The notes beneath the pieces were generated by a model. That model was not told the origin of the DNA and did not search any database. It was given only the letters and a program-made list of their open reading frames with translations. From contig CM069154.1 of NCBI GenBank assembly GCA_035221665.1, forward strand, positions 12,400,001-12,464,000: 64,000 bases of DNA. Reading direction: 5' to 3'. Shown piece by piece: positions 51,643-62,246 of the stretch. The position numbers and the translations under genes were made by a program. The first letter of the stretch is position 1. Each line of letters begins with the position of its first letter. The DNA is from Okamejei kenojei (lineage: Eukaryota).

Positions 51643-52579
51643 GCTGAGGTAAAGGCTTAGGATTTATTCAGGAGACGGCTTTTTCACTGTTCAACTACTC
51701 CTGTGAATAATTCTTGCTGGGAAAGCTGAGGTTGCCCTCTGCATGTCTGATGAACGCTTACTGACTGGTCAGTTTAGTGTGTCTACTGGGGTATTCTTGA
51801 GCCATTGCATGGTGTGGTTCTCAATCATGTACAGTAAAGGCCCACAATCTGCTGTCAGTAGTAAGCATGAAGATAGACACAAATAAACCGTGAACACCTG
51901 GCGCGGTCATGGGGAGAACGTACAAACTCCGCACAGACAGCACCCGTAGTCAGGATCGAACCCGGGCCGTGGCCTGCAGGGGGGAAGCAGCCATGCCACC
52001 CCCCTGCTCATGCCCCCGAGGACCAGAGACCAGGTGTAAGCCTGACCACGGTTCCTTCAGCCGGAGAGGAGAAGGAACCTTGTAGGAGAAGGGACCATGG
52101 TCTGGCCTACCGCGCCCTCGAGGTCACCTCTAGGTGGTGCCCCAGGGCAACAAAGGTGGACGGGTGAGGAGAGGGACGTCGATTCATTGAGCGATCCACA
52201 AGGCCAAGGAAGCCAACAGCTGAGGCTCCGCAGCAGCAAGGGGTTTGCCTGGAGTGGGAACCACTCATCAGAACTAGAGATCAGACTGGACTTTGTAAAT
52301 GGTGCCAAGACCTGGCGTCTTTTGTGGTCTCGGAGGACTATTTCTGTACACTGTGCTAATCGGAGATTGTTCTTGGGTATAGCAATACTTTACTGAACAC
52401 TGTGTAAGAAAAGCATTTCACTGTGTGTTTGCACATGTGACAGTAAAGCAGCCTTGTCAAACAGGATGCCAAGTTTAACAAATCCCCCACAGCTGCATGT
52501 GACCCGCACCCCTCCATTCCCTGCAGTTCCATGTGTCGTATTAATATTTCATATCCATCTGTATTCTTGTATCTTTCAG

Positions 52580-52624
52580 ATGAGAATAGTGAGACGGAGA
52601 GTGATACGGAAGAGCAGCAGAAAG
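52580..52624 (+). CDS. DENND2C: DENND2C 45-nt exon DENSETESDTEEQQK, phase 1-1
   Basis: atctttcag acceptor; AAG|gtaatg donor; DENSE.ESD motif of the DENND2 family. Confidence 0.9.
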
Positions 52625-52709
52625 GTAATGGACTGTCTCATGGATGTGTGCGTTTTGATAGAACGTTGACAATATTCTTCACTCTAACAGTCTGTTGGGA
52701 CCTACGATT

Positions 52710-52988
52710 ATGGTGTAGCGCAGCGGCAGAGGTGCTGCCTTACTGCGCCAAGTTTGATCCTGACTACGGGTGCTGTCTGTATGGAGTTTGTACGTTCTCC
52801 CTGTGACCACGTGGGTTTTCTCCAGGTGCTCTGGTTTCCTCCCACATTCCAAAGACGTACGGGTGTGTAGGTTAATTGGCTTGGTATAATTGTATATTGT
52901 CCCTAGTGTGTAGGATAATGTCAGTGTATGGGGTGATTGCGGGACGGCACGGACTAGATGGGCTGAAGAGCCTGTTTTTGTGCTGTGT
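52710..52988 (+). mobile_element. HE1-type V-SINE
   Basis: V-domain and tail. Confidence 0.8.
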
Positions 52989-53339
52989 CAAAAGATTACC
53001 TGTTCACCAGCAGGTTAATGTGAGAACTGCAGACCCTGCAAAATGGGGCAGGAGTTGCTTTTGTGAGTGGGCTGGCAGTCACCTTTGTAAGCGTTGTGAG
53101 AATCCATAGAGCATACGTTCTTGATCCCATTCTGAATGCTCCTTCCTCAGTCTGAGTGGCTGTGGACCAGAGATTCACTGGAGGCACCAGGGATGTTGGG
53201 GGCATCCCTTCCATTGACCTCATCTACACTTCACCCTGCCTCGGCAAGTCCAGCAGCATGATCAAGGACAGGTCTCGCCCGGTCACTTCCTCGTCACCCC
53301 TCTCCCATTAGGCAAGAGGTACAGAAGTGTGAAAATGGA

Positions 53340-53573
53340 TACATAGAAACATAGAAAATAGGTGCAGGAGGCGGCCATTCAGCCTTTCGAGCCAGCACCG
53401 CCATTCATTGTGATCATGGCTGATTGTTCGCTATCAATAACCTGTGCCTGCCTTCTCCCCATATCCCTTGACTCCACTAGCCTCTCGAGTTCTATCCAAT
53501 TCTCTCTTAAACCCATTCAGTGATTTGGCCTCCACTGCCCTCCGTGGCAGGGAATTCCATAAATTCACAACTC
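53340..53573 (-). mobile_element. CR1/HER1 3' end inserted in a Rex1-like fragment (53110-53832)
   Basis: (ACATAGAA)2 tail; flanking LINE resumes after the insert. Confidence 0.75.
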
Positions 53574-55285
53574 AAGATTCAGGGTCAGTTTCTTCACAGC
53601 TGTTATCCGCCAACTGAACCATCCTGTCACCACTAGAGAGAGGTCCTGACCTTCCATCTCCCTCATGGGAACCCTTGACTATCATTAATCGGACTTTATC
53701 TTACATTAAACGTTATTCCCGTTATCCTGTATCGGTACATTATGGGCAGCTTGATTGTAATCATGTAGCCTCTTCGCAACAAAAAGCTTTTCACTGAACC
53801 TCGGTACTCATGACAATAATAAACTAGACTAAACATCCTTGAGTCTTTTCCTTTGTCTGCCAGGTATCCTTTCCTGTGACAGAGTGTAGAATGGAGCATC
53901 TGTTTTGGGGGTCTGGGGTCATCAGTGCCAATAGTGTGGTCAGCCCAATGCAACTGATGGTTTGTAGCAAGGTTATGAATGGGATGGGATTTGGCCACAA
54001 GGGCGCAGGCATCCCTTGGGTTGAATGAGGCAAGCTATTGAGGACACACGACTGTGGTGCCATTATGAAGTTGCTGTACAACATCACATACAGGTTCACC
54101 AATTATTTTCCAGCAACTGGTAGTCCAGCACCTCCTTTAAACTGGGTAAAATTACGGGAGGGCACTTGGAATCCCCCCCCCCCCCCATAATTGTGGGGCC
54201 TAGGCCGGGTGAGTCGGCCAATCTTCACCTCGTCGGGACTTCCGCGGCCGATCGGCCAAACTTAAATTTGCCCCCTGTGGCCAGTGTTCTGGAGCTCCAA
54301 CCCAGCGTCAGCAAATCCGTTCCCATGGCCGATTGACGGGACGAATTTGCCGTCTGTGGTCAGGGCTCTGGAATTCCGGGGGCCCGGCCGGAGCCGGCAG
54401 ATCCGCTCCCACCTCCGCGGCCGACTATGCGGACAGGTATCTCGGCCCCCCCAATGCCATGATGGCAAGGGTCTGGAATCCAGGGCGCCGAATAGGTGGG
54501 TCCATGGAACGAGCTGTCAGAGGAGGTAGTTGAGGCAGGCACTATTGAAACTGTTTAAGAAGCATATAGACAAGGTACGTGGATAGGAAGGATTTAGAGG
54601 GATATGGGCCAAAGGTGGCAGTAGTGTAGGTGGGGCATGTTGGTCGGTGTGGGTAAGCTGGGCCGAAGGGCCTGTTTCCATGCTGTATCACTCTATCTAA
54701 CAACTTTAAATAATCTCATGAACACAACAATGTTGGGATTCTTGCGTTGGCAACCAAACAGCAGAACCCGCATGTTAGAGCTGCCTGTTTATGGCATATA
54801 ATCGACCCGCCGATGTTTTCATGCACGTGTATCCCTCCTGCTGACTCTGTAGCTCCATACGGGCACGTCACCATCCCAGGAGTTCACCAGCACTGTGTCT
54901 TCTGATAATAATTCTGTCCCAATTTGCTTCTAGCCTGCAATTTCTTCCGTCAGAGGGTGGCGAATCTGTGGAATTCATTGCCACAGACGGCTATGGAGCC
55001 CACGCTTAGTGGATATTTTTTAGGGAGGGGAGGGATTAACAGATTCTTGATTGCTGGGGACGTCGGAGATTATGGGGCGAAGGCAGGAGAATGAGGTTGA
55101 GAGGGAAACATAGATCAGCCATGGTTGAATGACGGAGTAGACTTGATGGGCGGAATGGCCTAATTCGGCTCCTGGAACTTATGAACTCCTTGGGGCTTGC
55201 CCGGAAGTAGGTGTCTCCTGTTTTATATTGCTGCAGTGTTTGTTTGTGTGTGATTTTAATGTTTAAATGGCTTCAATGCTTGCAG

Positions 55286-55473
55286 CACACAGTCAGCGCT
55301 TGGTGTATGTGCACTCCACGTTGAAGAGGAACGCACGCTACCAAACCCTGGAGCGAGATCTAATCGAGTTGCAGGAACAGCAGCTTTTTGAGTACTTTGT
55401 GGTGGTATCTCTTCGCAAGAAGGTCCCCACTAATAACTATGAGCCGCAGGTCACGCAACAGTTTCCGAGTAAG
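55286..55473 (+). CDS. DENND2C: DENND2C exon (A)HSQRLVYV...LFEYFVVVSL...QQFPSK, start of uDENN, phase 1-0
   Basis: tgcttgcag acceptor; AAG|gtaaga donor; LFEYFVVVSL hallmark. Confidence 0.95.
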
Positions 55474-55567
55474 GTAAGAATGAATTCACCCCGTGTGTGT
55501 ACGTTTAGTGGCATGACCACTTGTCCAAGTTCTTGCGAATATTGACCAAGAATTCCTGGTCGAACAC

Positions 55568-55886
55568 AGGCGGCACAGTGACACAGCGGTAGTGTTGCTG
55601 CCTCACAGCGCCTGAGACCCGGGATCGATCCTGACTACGGGTGCTGTCTGTACAGAGTTTGTACCTTCTCCGCGTGGGTTTTCTACAGGTGAGTTTGTAC
55701 CTTCTCTGCGTGGGTTTTCTACAGGTGCTCCATTTTCCTCCCGCACTCCAAAGACGTGCAGGTTTATTGGTTAATTGGCTTCTCTAAATTTTCCCTAGAG
55801 TGTAAGATAGAACTAGCGTACGGGTGATTACGGCGCAGACTCGGTGGGCCAAAGAGCCTGTTTCCACGCTGTGTCTCTAAACTAAG
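55568..55886 (+). mobile_element. HE1-type V-SINE with internal tandem duplication
   Basis: GAGTTTGTACCTTCTC(C/T)GCGTGGGTTTTCTACAGGT occurs twice. Confidence 0.85.
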
Positions 55887-56668
55887 CATAGAGAGACAGC
55901 TCAAACAGTTTCCTAAATTTAAATGTTTCGCAATGAACAGCAGAACAGACTTGAAGGGCTAAATGGCCTACTTTTCCCATTTGCTTTGTAAGCCATGCTA
56001 CTGGACAAGGGCCATTGGGTGTGTGGGAATTAGGCTTGACCTGTGGCTTCTATAAAAGATCATGAGGGGAATAGATAGGGTCTTTTACCCAGAGTAGAGG
56101 TATCAAGAACCAAAGGAGATACAGTAGATTTAAGGTGAGGAGGGAAAGGTTTAATAGGAACCTGAGGGGCAACTTTTTTTTACTGGTGGGTATATGGAAT
56201 GAGCTGCCGGAGGAAGTAGTTGAGGCAGGTTCTATCATAACATTTAAAAGACCGGTGCCCACTTGATACTCTCAATTATATACTGGCATCTCCACACCTA
56301 GTCTTTGTTGTCCCATAGTTTAACTGCGTAAATGCATTTGGGATTTTCTTGTGGCATTGGGTTTCTTGGTTAAACATTTTGCTTGTGTGTTTGTTAACTT
56401 GTAGATAATTCATTACTGAATATGAAGTTAATATTGTCTTAGTTTAGTTTAGAGATACAGTGCAGACACCGACTCTAGGCCCACTGAGTCCGCGCTGGCC
56501 ACACGCACACGCACACGCACACACGCCTACAAACCTGTACGTCTTTAGAGCGTGGGAGGAAACTGGGGCTTCCTGGAGAAAACTCACGCAAGTCACGGCA
56601 GGAACATACAAACTCCATACAGACGGCTCCCTTAGTCAGGATCAAAACCCGGGTCTCTGGCGCTGTAA

Positions 56669-57155
56669 AGGGGCTGTTCCACTGTGATGACCTATTGGCG
56701 AGTTTAGGAGAGTTTGAAAAAGTGTCATGTTGAAGACCTCCTTCGACTATGTTGAAGACCTCCTCTGACTATGTTGAAGACTCGCTTAGACTAGCTTCGG
56801 GAAAATTGGTCACCGAATAGTGGAGAGTGAAAACAACCTCCCTTCGACTATGTTGAAGACTATCTAGGACTACCCTCGATTACCTATGAATAACATGCCG
56901 ACCTACTTCGACTAAACCTACGAGTAATTAAAATATCGATTTTTTTTTTTTCCCATGGCGACCTTTTTTTTACTGTCGGGCATTTTTCAGCATGTTTAAA
57001 AATACGCCGCGACCTAGCTGAGGCCTCGCGTACACGGGGACTACTCCCAAGCATGAATGAGAGTTACAAAGACCTCCTAGGACCTCGTGTTGACCATGCT
57101 GCGAGTATGATTCGAGGCAAAACTCTTCTAAACTCGCCGCCGTGGGACAGCCCCT
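56669..57155. mobile_element. PIF/Harbinger-type MITE (same family as 10001-10517) inserted in the head of a minus-strand HE1 SINE (56440-57190)
   Basis: TAA TSD 56666-56668 and 57156-57158; shared interior. Confidence 0.85.
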
Positions 57156-57946
57156 TAAGACAGCAACTCGACCACTGTGCCACCATGCCCACTGTTAACC
57201 AAGAGCATAAGTGTGTATTGGTAGTTTAGATACTACTTTTGCATTGGGCTTGGTTTTCTTGTTTGAACGATTACCCTGGAGTTTTACACAAGTACTTTGT
57301 GTTTTACCAGTAATTCATTTGGTCAGTTACAGGGATAGGAAAGGTTTAGAGGGATCTGGGCCAAACACAGGCAGGTGGGACTAGTGTAGCTGGGACATGT
57401 TGGCCTGCAAGGGCTAGTTGAGCCGGTTTCCACACTGTGTCACTGTTCGACCCAACTAACCCATGCCGGCCGACGTAAATTATCCCTAGTGTGTGTAGGA
57501 TTGTGTTAATGTGCGGGGATCGCTAGTCGGCGTGGGCCGAAGGGCCTGTTTCTGCACTGTATCTCTTATCTAAGCTAAACTAAACATTGTGTGTAGGAAA
57601 GAACTGCAGATGCTGGTTTAAATCAAAGATAGACAAAAAATGCTGGAGTAACTCAGCGGGACAGGCAACATCTCTGGAGATGAGGAGTGGGTGACCTTTC
57701 GGGTCCAGACAAGTCTGAAGAAAGGTTTTGACCTGAAACGTCATCCATTTTCTCCGGGTGCTCCAGGTTTGCTCCCACACTCCAAAGACAGGCAGGTTTG
57801 TAGGTTTATAGCAGTCTGAAGAAGGGTCTTGACCAAAAAACGTTACCCATTCCTTCTTTCCAGAGATGCTGCCTGTCCCGCTGAGTTACTCCAGCATTTT
57901 GTGTCTAAACTACACATTCTCTGGTTGCTTGACGGGAGGCTTATTC

Positions 57947-58334
57947 TTTTTTAAATTTTTTTTTTTTAATTTTTTAATTAGAAGCAAGTGTTCAAAAATA
58001 GAACCAACGGCATATAAAATTATACAGTTATTGTACAGCTTCAATTTTAACTTTTTAACTATAGTTGGAAAAGAGGAAAGGAGAAGAAGCAAGAAAGAGA
58101 AAAAGTGAGATGTGCAAAGATAGAACCCCTAGACTACCAAAGTAGTGCAGCCAAAGAGTGAATAAATGACAGAAAGAAAAGAGGAATAGAAAAAATAAAA
58201 AATAAAAATAAAAGGACAAAAAAAGAAAGAAAAAGGAAAAACTGCCTCGCATCGCTCCCCACCCACCTCACCCAACCCGTAATTAGATTTGAATCCAAAA
58301 TTGTGTTGTACCATACTATCCTTGTAATAAATCA
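57947..58334 (-). mobile_element. Poly(A)-tailed retroposed 3' fragment (L1/Tx1-like mechanism) with 15-bp TSD
   Basis: T-rich start on the + strand; ACGGGAGGCTTATTC at 57932-57946 and 58335-58349. Confidence 0.75.
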
Positions 58335-58365
58335 ACGGGAGGCTTATTCACCTCTTGTGTTGCAG

Positions 58366-58475
58366 CTGGAGAAGTCGACGAGGCAGGCCCGTGATGCCGA
58401 GGAGAGACTGAAGGCCATCCCGCAGTTCTGCTTTCCAGACATCAATGAATGGACTCCGGTTTCCCAGCTGATCAG
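58366..58475 (+). CDS. DENND2C: DENND2C exon LEKSTRQ...KAIPQFCFPD...SQLI, phase 0-2
   Basis: cttgtgttgcag acceptor; AG|gtgagg donor; IPQFCFPD uDENN motif. Confidence 0.95.
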
Positions 58476-59190
58476 GTGAGGCACCTCGTGACCTGCGTGG
58501 TTTCAGTCAATGAGACCTCGCTCTCCTGTCATCCCCATGGAACGTTGCTCCAACCCTGCGGCACGACGAAAACCGATATCGGTTTCCGTTTATTATTGTC
58601 GCATGTCCCGAGATACAGAGGAAAACGTTTTGTTCGCTATCCAGGAACATCATCCGTGTATGTTTCCAATCAAACCATGCACAAGTGCAACTGGTAGTGC
58701 AAAAAAAAGAAAATAATGCAGAATGTAGTGCTACCTCATCAAAGAAAACGCAGATTAAAAAAACTGCAAGTGCCGCAACGAGGTAGGTTGGAAATAAGTC
58801 CTTATGAGAGGACTGTTCAGATGTCTGAAACGACAAGGAAGAAGCTGTTCCCGTATCTGTGGTACATGATTTCAAGCTGTTGTATCTTTTAAATTCTATG
58901 CAAAAAATTAATAATTTCACCGTGTGATAATTAAGAACCATTGTACCAGTTTTAAAGCTGGTGAAGCCACGAACAATAGATACATGTTCTGTCATCAATG
59001 GTACATCTCAACATAGCAGAGCTTGCTATTGATGATCAGTCTGAAGTAGGATCCCGACTCGAAACGTCGCCTGTCCATTCGCTCCGCAGATGCGGCCTGA
59101 CCCGCTTTGTTCCTCCAGCGTCTGCGTTTTGCCGTTGATGTTCTCTGATTAATGGTGGCTGTTACCAGTTTGTCATCCTTGTGTCTACAG

Positions 59191-59260
59191 TGAGACCTTC
59201 TCCTTTGTTCTGACCGGTGAGGATGGAAGCAGGAGGTTCGGGTACTGCAGGAAGCTATTG
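59191..59260 (+). CDS. DENND2C: DENND2C exon (S)ETFSFVLTGEDGSRRFGYCRKLL, phase 2-0
   Basis: gtgtctacag acceptor; TTG|gtaagt donor; FSFVLTGEDGSRRFGYC uDENN motif. Confidence 0.96.
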
Positions 59261-59399
59261 GTAAGTCCTTCACTCATCCCCATCCAGCACCTGCACAGTA
59301 GGAATAACCAATTCCCACAAATTGTATGCTGGCAATTTACGATCGTTGCTTAAAAAGTAGCGGGGTGCTGTGTTCGAGACCCAGTGGTTAGTCGTAGAG

Positions 59400-59850
59400 A
59401 TTAGAATCTTACAGCATAGAAACTGGCCCTTCAGCCCAACTTGCCCCCACTGGACAACATGTCCCATCTACACTAGGTCATACGTGACAGGCGCAGAATT
59501 AGGCCATTCGGCCCATCAAGTCTAGTCCACCATTCAATCTTGACTGATCTACATGTCCCTCCTAACCCCATTCTCCTGCCTTCTCCCCATAACCCCTGAC
59601 ACACGTACTATTCAAAACTAGGTTAATCACACTAGACCCACCTGCCTGCGTTTGGCCCATATCTATCTAAACCTTCTACCTGTTTAAATGTTTCTTAAAT
59701 ATTGCAAAAGTACCAGCCTCAACTACATCCTCCGGCAGCTCATTTCATACACCCACCACCCTTTGGGTGAAAAAGCTACCCTTCAGGTTCCTATTTGAAT
59801 CTTTTACCCCTCATCTTAAACTTATGTCCTCGATTCCCCTACTCTGGGCT
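59400..59850 (-). mobile_element. Nested CR1 3' fragments
   Basis: Two CR1 tail types, with acactag repeated at the junctions. Confidence 0.75.
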
Positions 59851-60103
59851 GACGGAGTACACAGACAACCTTAATGTAATTTACATCAACCATTCCCAAA
59901 GTGAAGGGTGGTGTTCTGGAGGGGCAGCGGGATTACCTAGAGGGGTGCGAAGAGGCAAGGGGGTGGCACGGGAGTGTCAGAGATGGATGGGGCTTTGGGG
60001 AAGATTGATGTCAGAATGCCAAAGAATCATGAAGGTGTGATGTTACCTTTCAACTATTTTGAGTTGACAATTTCATCTTCTTCATTCCATGTGCTTTGTC
60101 TAG

Positions 60104-60181
60104 CCGAATGGGAAAGGTAAAAGACTGCCGGAGGTTTATTGCATCGTCAGTCGTCTAGGCTGCTTCAATCTCTTCTCAAAG
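60104..60181 (+). CDS. DENND2C: DENND2C exon PNGKGKRLPEVYCIVSRLGCFNLFSK, phase 0-0
   Basis: gctttgtctag acceptor; AAG|gtaaaa donor; RLPEVYCIVSRLGCF motif. The next expected exon (ILDEVE...) was not found in the window. Confidence 0.95.
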
Positions 60182-60199
60182 GTAAAAGCAAATCAAAAA

Positions 60200-60290
60200 G
60201 TGTCTGTCTGTGTGTCTGCGTGTGCGTATGTGTGTGCGACTCTGTGTCTGCGTGTGCGTCTCTGTGTCTGCGCGTGTCTGTCTGTCTCCG
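60200..60290. repeat. Imperfect (TG)n-rich microsatellite about 20 bp after an exon donor
   Basis: Directly visible. Confidence 0.9.
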
Positions 60291-60736
60291 CATGTCTGAC
60301 GCTGTAAGGCAGCAACTCTACCGCTGCGCCACCATGTTGCCATGTTCTCCAGAGATGCTGCATAATCCGCTGAGTTACTACAGCACTCTGTGTCCTTTTG
60401 TGTAAACCAGTATCTGCAGTTCCTTGTTTCAAGGTGGATGTAGATGGGTTGGTGCTGTTTTGGTTGCATTTAGGTAGACACATGGATATGCATGGAGGGA
60501 TACGGCTCACATGCAGGCAAATGGGATTAGCTTGGCAGCATATTTGGCAGACGTTGTGGGCTGAAGGGCCTGTTCCTTTGCTGTAATACTCTGTGCTGTA
60601 ACTGGCTTTGTTTCCATCGTCTGCCCCCCTGCTTTAGGTTAAAATATTATTCATTTGCTGCCGTCAATATGTTGCCCACCCACATATTCCTGACACTGGG
60701 ATGTACGGAGAACTGACCTGGTCCAGTGGGAAGGAT

Positions 60737-60770
<34 letters not shown>

Positions 60771-61133
60771 GGGGAGGGAGAAGGTGTGTATGTGCAGAAA
60801 GCAAGGCCGAGCCTTTAAATAGCTTCTCCTCCACTTCCTGACAACCCCTCTCGCTTGAGAGAAAATCTCAGCGGTTCTCTCAGGTTCCTGGATGTGCAGG
60901 TTTTGTGTACAATCCGTCAGATAAAAGCCCGCAACTAGTTCCTGGCTAAACAAACCTCGGAAGTGCTTAAATAGGAAATGCAGGAAGCAGCAGTAAGACT
61001 GATTGTTGCTTCAGATTGTTACCTGCTGTTACTGCTCTGGCCTCTGGTGTATTTCAAGGGGATCCCATGTATTTCCTGTTGCAGCATCGCTTGTATTATT
61101 GGAGAAAGGCCAGGTTGACAATCAGCACAGTCA

Positions 61134-61453
61134 TTTAGTTTTTTAGTTTGGTTTAGTTCAGGGATACAGCGTGGAAACAGGCCCAAAGGCCCACCGAGTC
61201 CGCACCGACCAGTGATCCCCGCGCATTAACACTACCCCACACACACTGGGGACAATTTTACACTTATACCAAGCCAATTAACCTACAAACCTGTACGTCT
61301 TTGGAGTTTTGGAGGAGACCGAAGATCTCGGAGAAAACCCACACAGGTCACGGGGAGATCGTACAAACTCCGTACAGACAGCACCCGTAGTCGGGATCGA
61401 ACCCGGGTCTCCGGCGCTGCAAGGCAGCAACTCTACCGCTGCGCCACCGTGCC
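61134..61453 (-). mobile_element. HE1-type V-SINE, well preserved
   Basis: Near-consensus full-length reverse complement. Confidence 0.9.
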
Positions 61454-61752
61454 GTTTAAGTAATCAAACAAATCATTTTGCTCTTTCACTCAGAAACAGC
61501 TGCAAGTGTTGTTGCATCGTAAAATCTGATCCCCCTCACATCCGCCGGCTGCAATAAAATATCACCCAGTGTGTAGAATAACAATGAAAATGATCGCGGT
61601 TCTCAGCAGCGATGCTGGTTAGAGTGTGGTTGTACTAAAATGATGAGAGATGGCCATTTTAAGTTGGAATTTGGCTCCAATTTTCTCGATTGCCACACAG
61701 GCTGAGATCTGCCAACTTGGCCCAGATAGTGGATTAATCTCATGGCAAATTA

Positions 61753-62062
61753 GGCGCAGCACGGTGATGCAGCGGTAGAGTTGCTGCCTTACAGCACCAG
61801 AGTCCTGGGTTCGATCCTGACCACGGGTGCTGTCCGTGCGGAGTTTGTATGTTCTTCCTGTGACCGAGTGGGTTTTCTCCAGGTGCTCCAGTTTCCTCCC
61901 ACACTCCAAAGACATATAGGTTTGTAGCTTAATTGGCTTCGGTAAAAATTGTAAATTGTCCCTAGTGTGTGTAGGGTAGTGTTAATGTGCGGAGATCGCT
62001 GGTCGACGAGGACTCGGTGGGCCAAAGGGCCTTTTTCCGCGCTGTATCTCTAAACTAAACTA
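61753..62062 (+). mobile_element. HE1-type V-SINE, well preserved
   Basis: Head, V-domain, (CTAAA)n tail. Confidence 0.9.
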
Positions 62063-62246
62063 GTGTGAACATGTGATTGATGGTCGCTGTGGACTTGGTG
62101 GGCCGAAGGGCCTGTTTTTGTGCCATATCTTTCAACTATTCACTCTTCTGCCCCTCTATCAAAACTATCTTTTCATAATGTTATGCCAGCACCGTCCGTA
62201 CTCTGAAAGGGTTCCTGCAATGCTGAGCTGTCGGCATTGGTAGCAA

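Larger units (their letters stand above)
27461..60181 (+). other. DENND2C: DENN domain-containing protein 2C-like gene, partial (11 coding exons; 3' part beyond window, 5' UTR exon(s) not located)
   Basis: Spliced ORF of 724 codons with consistent phases. Motifs NIKQKILQWEG, LPPGNFYTSQKFWKK, INPVPKPRRTFKY, LPPKP, YQTLERDLIELQEQQLFE and CFNLFSK match human DENND2C as I recall it better than DENND2A or DENND2B. Confidence 0.88.

Noticed and set aside
60737-60780. Long G homopolymer as a functional G-quadruplex
   Set aside because: Homopolymer length is unreliable in assemblies and there is no independent support
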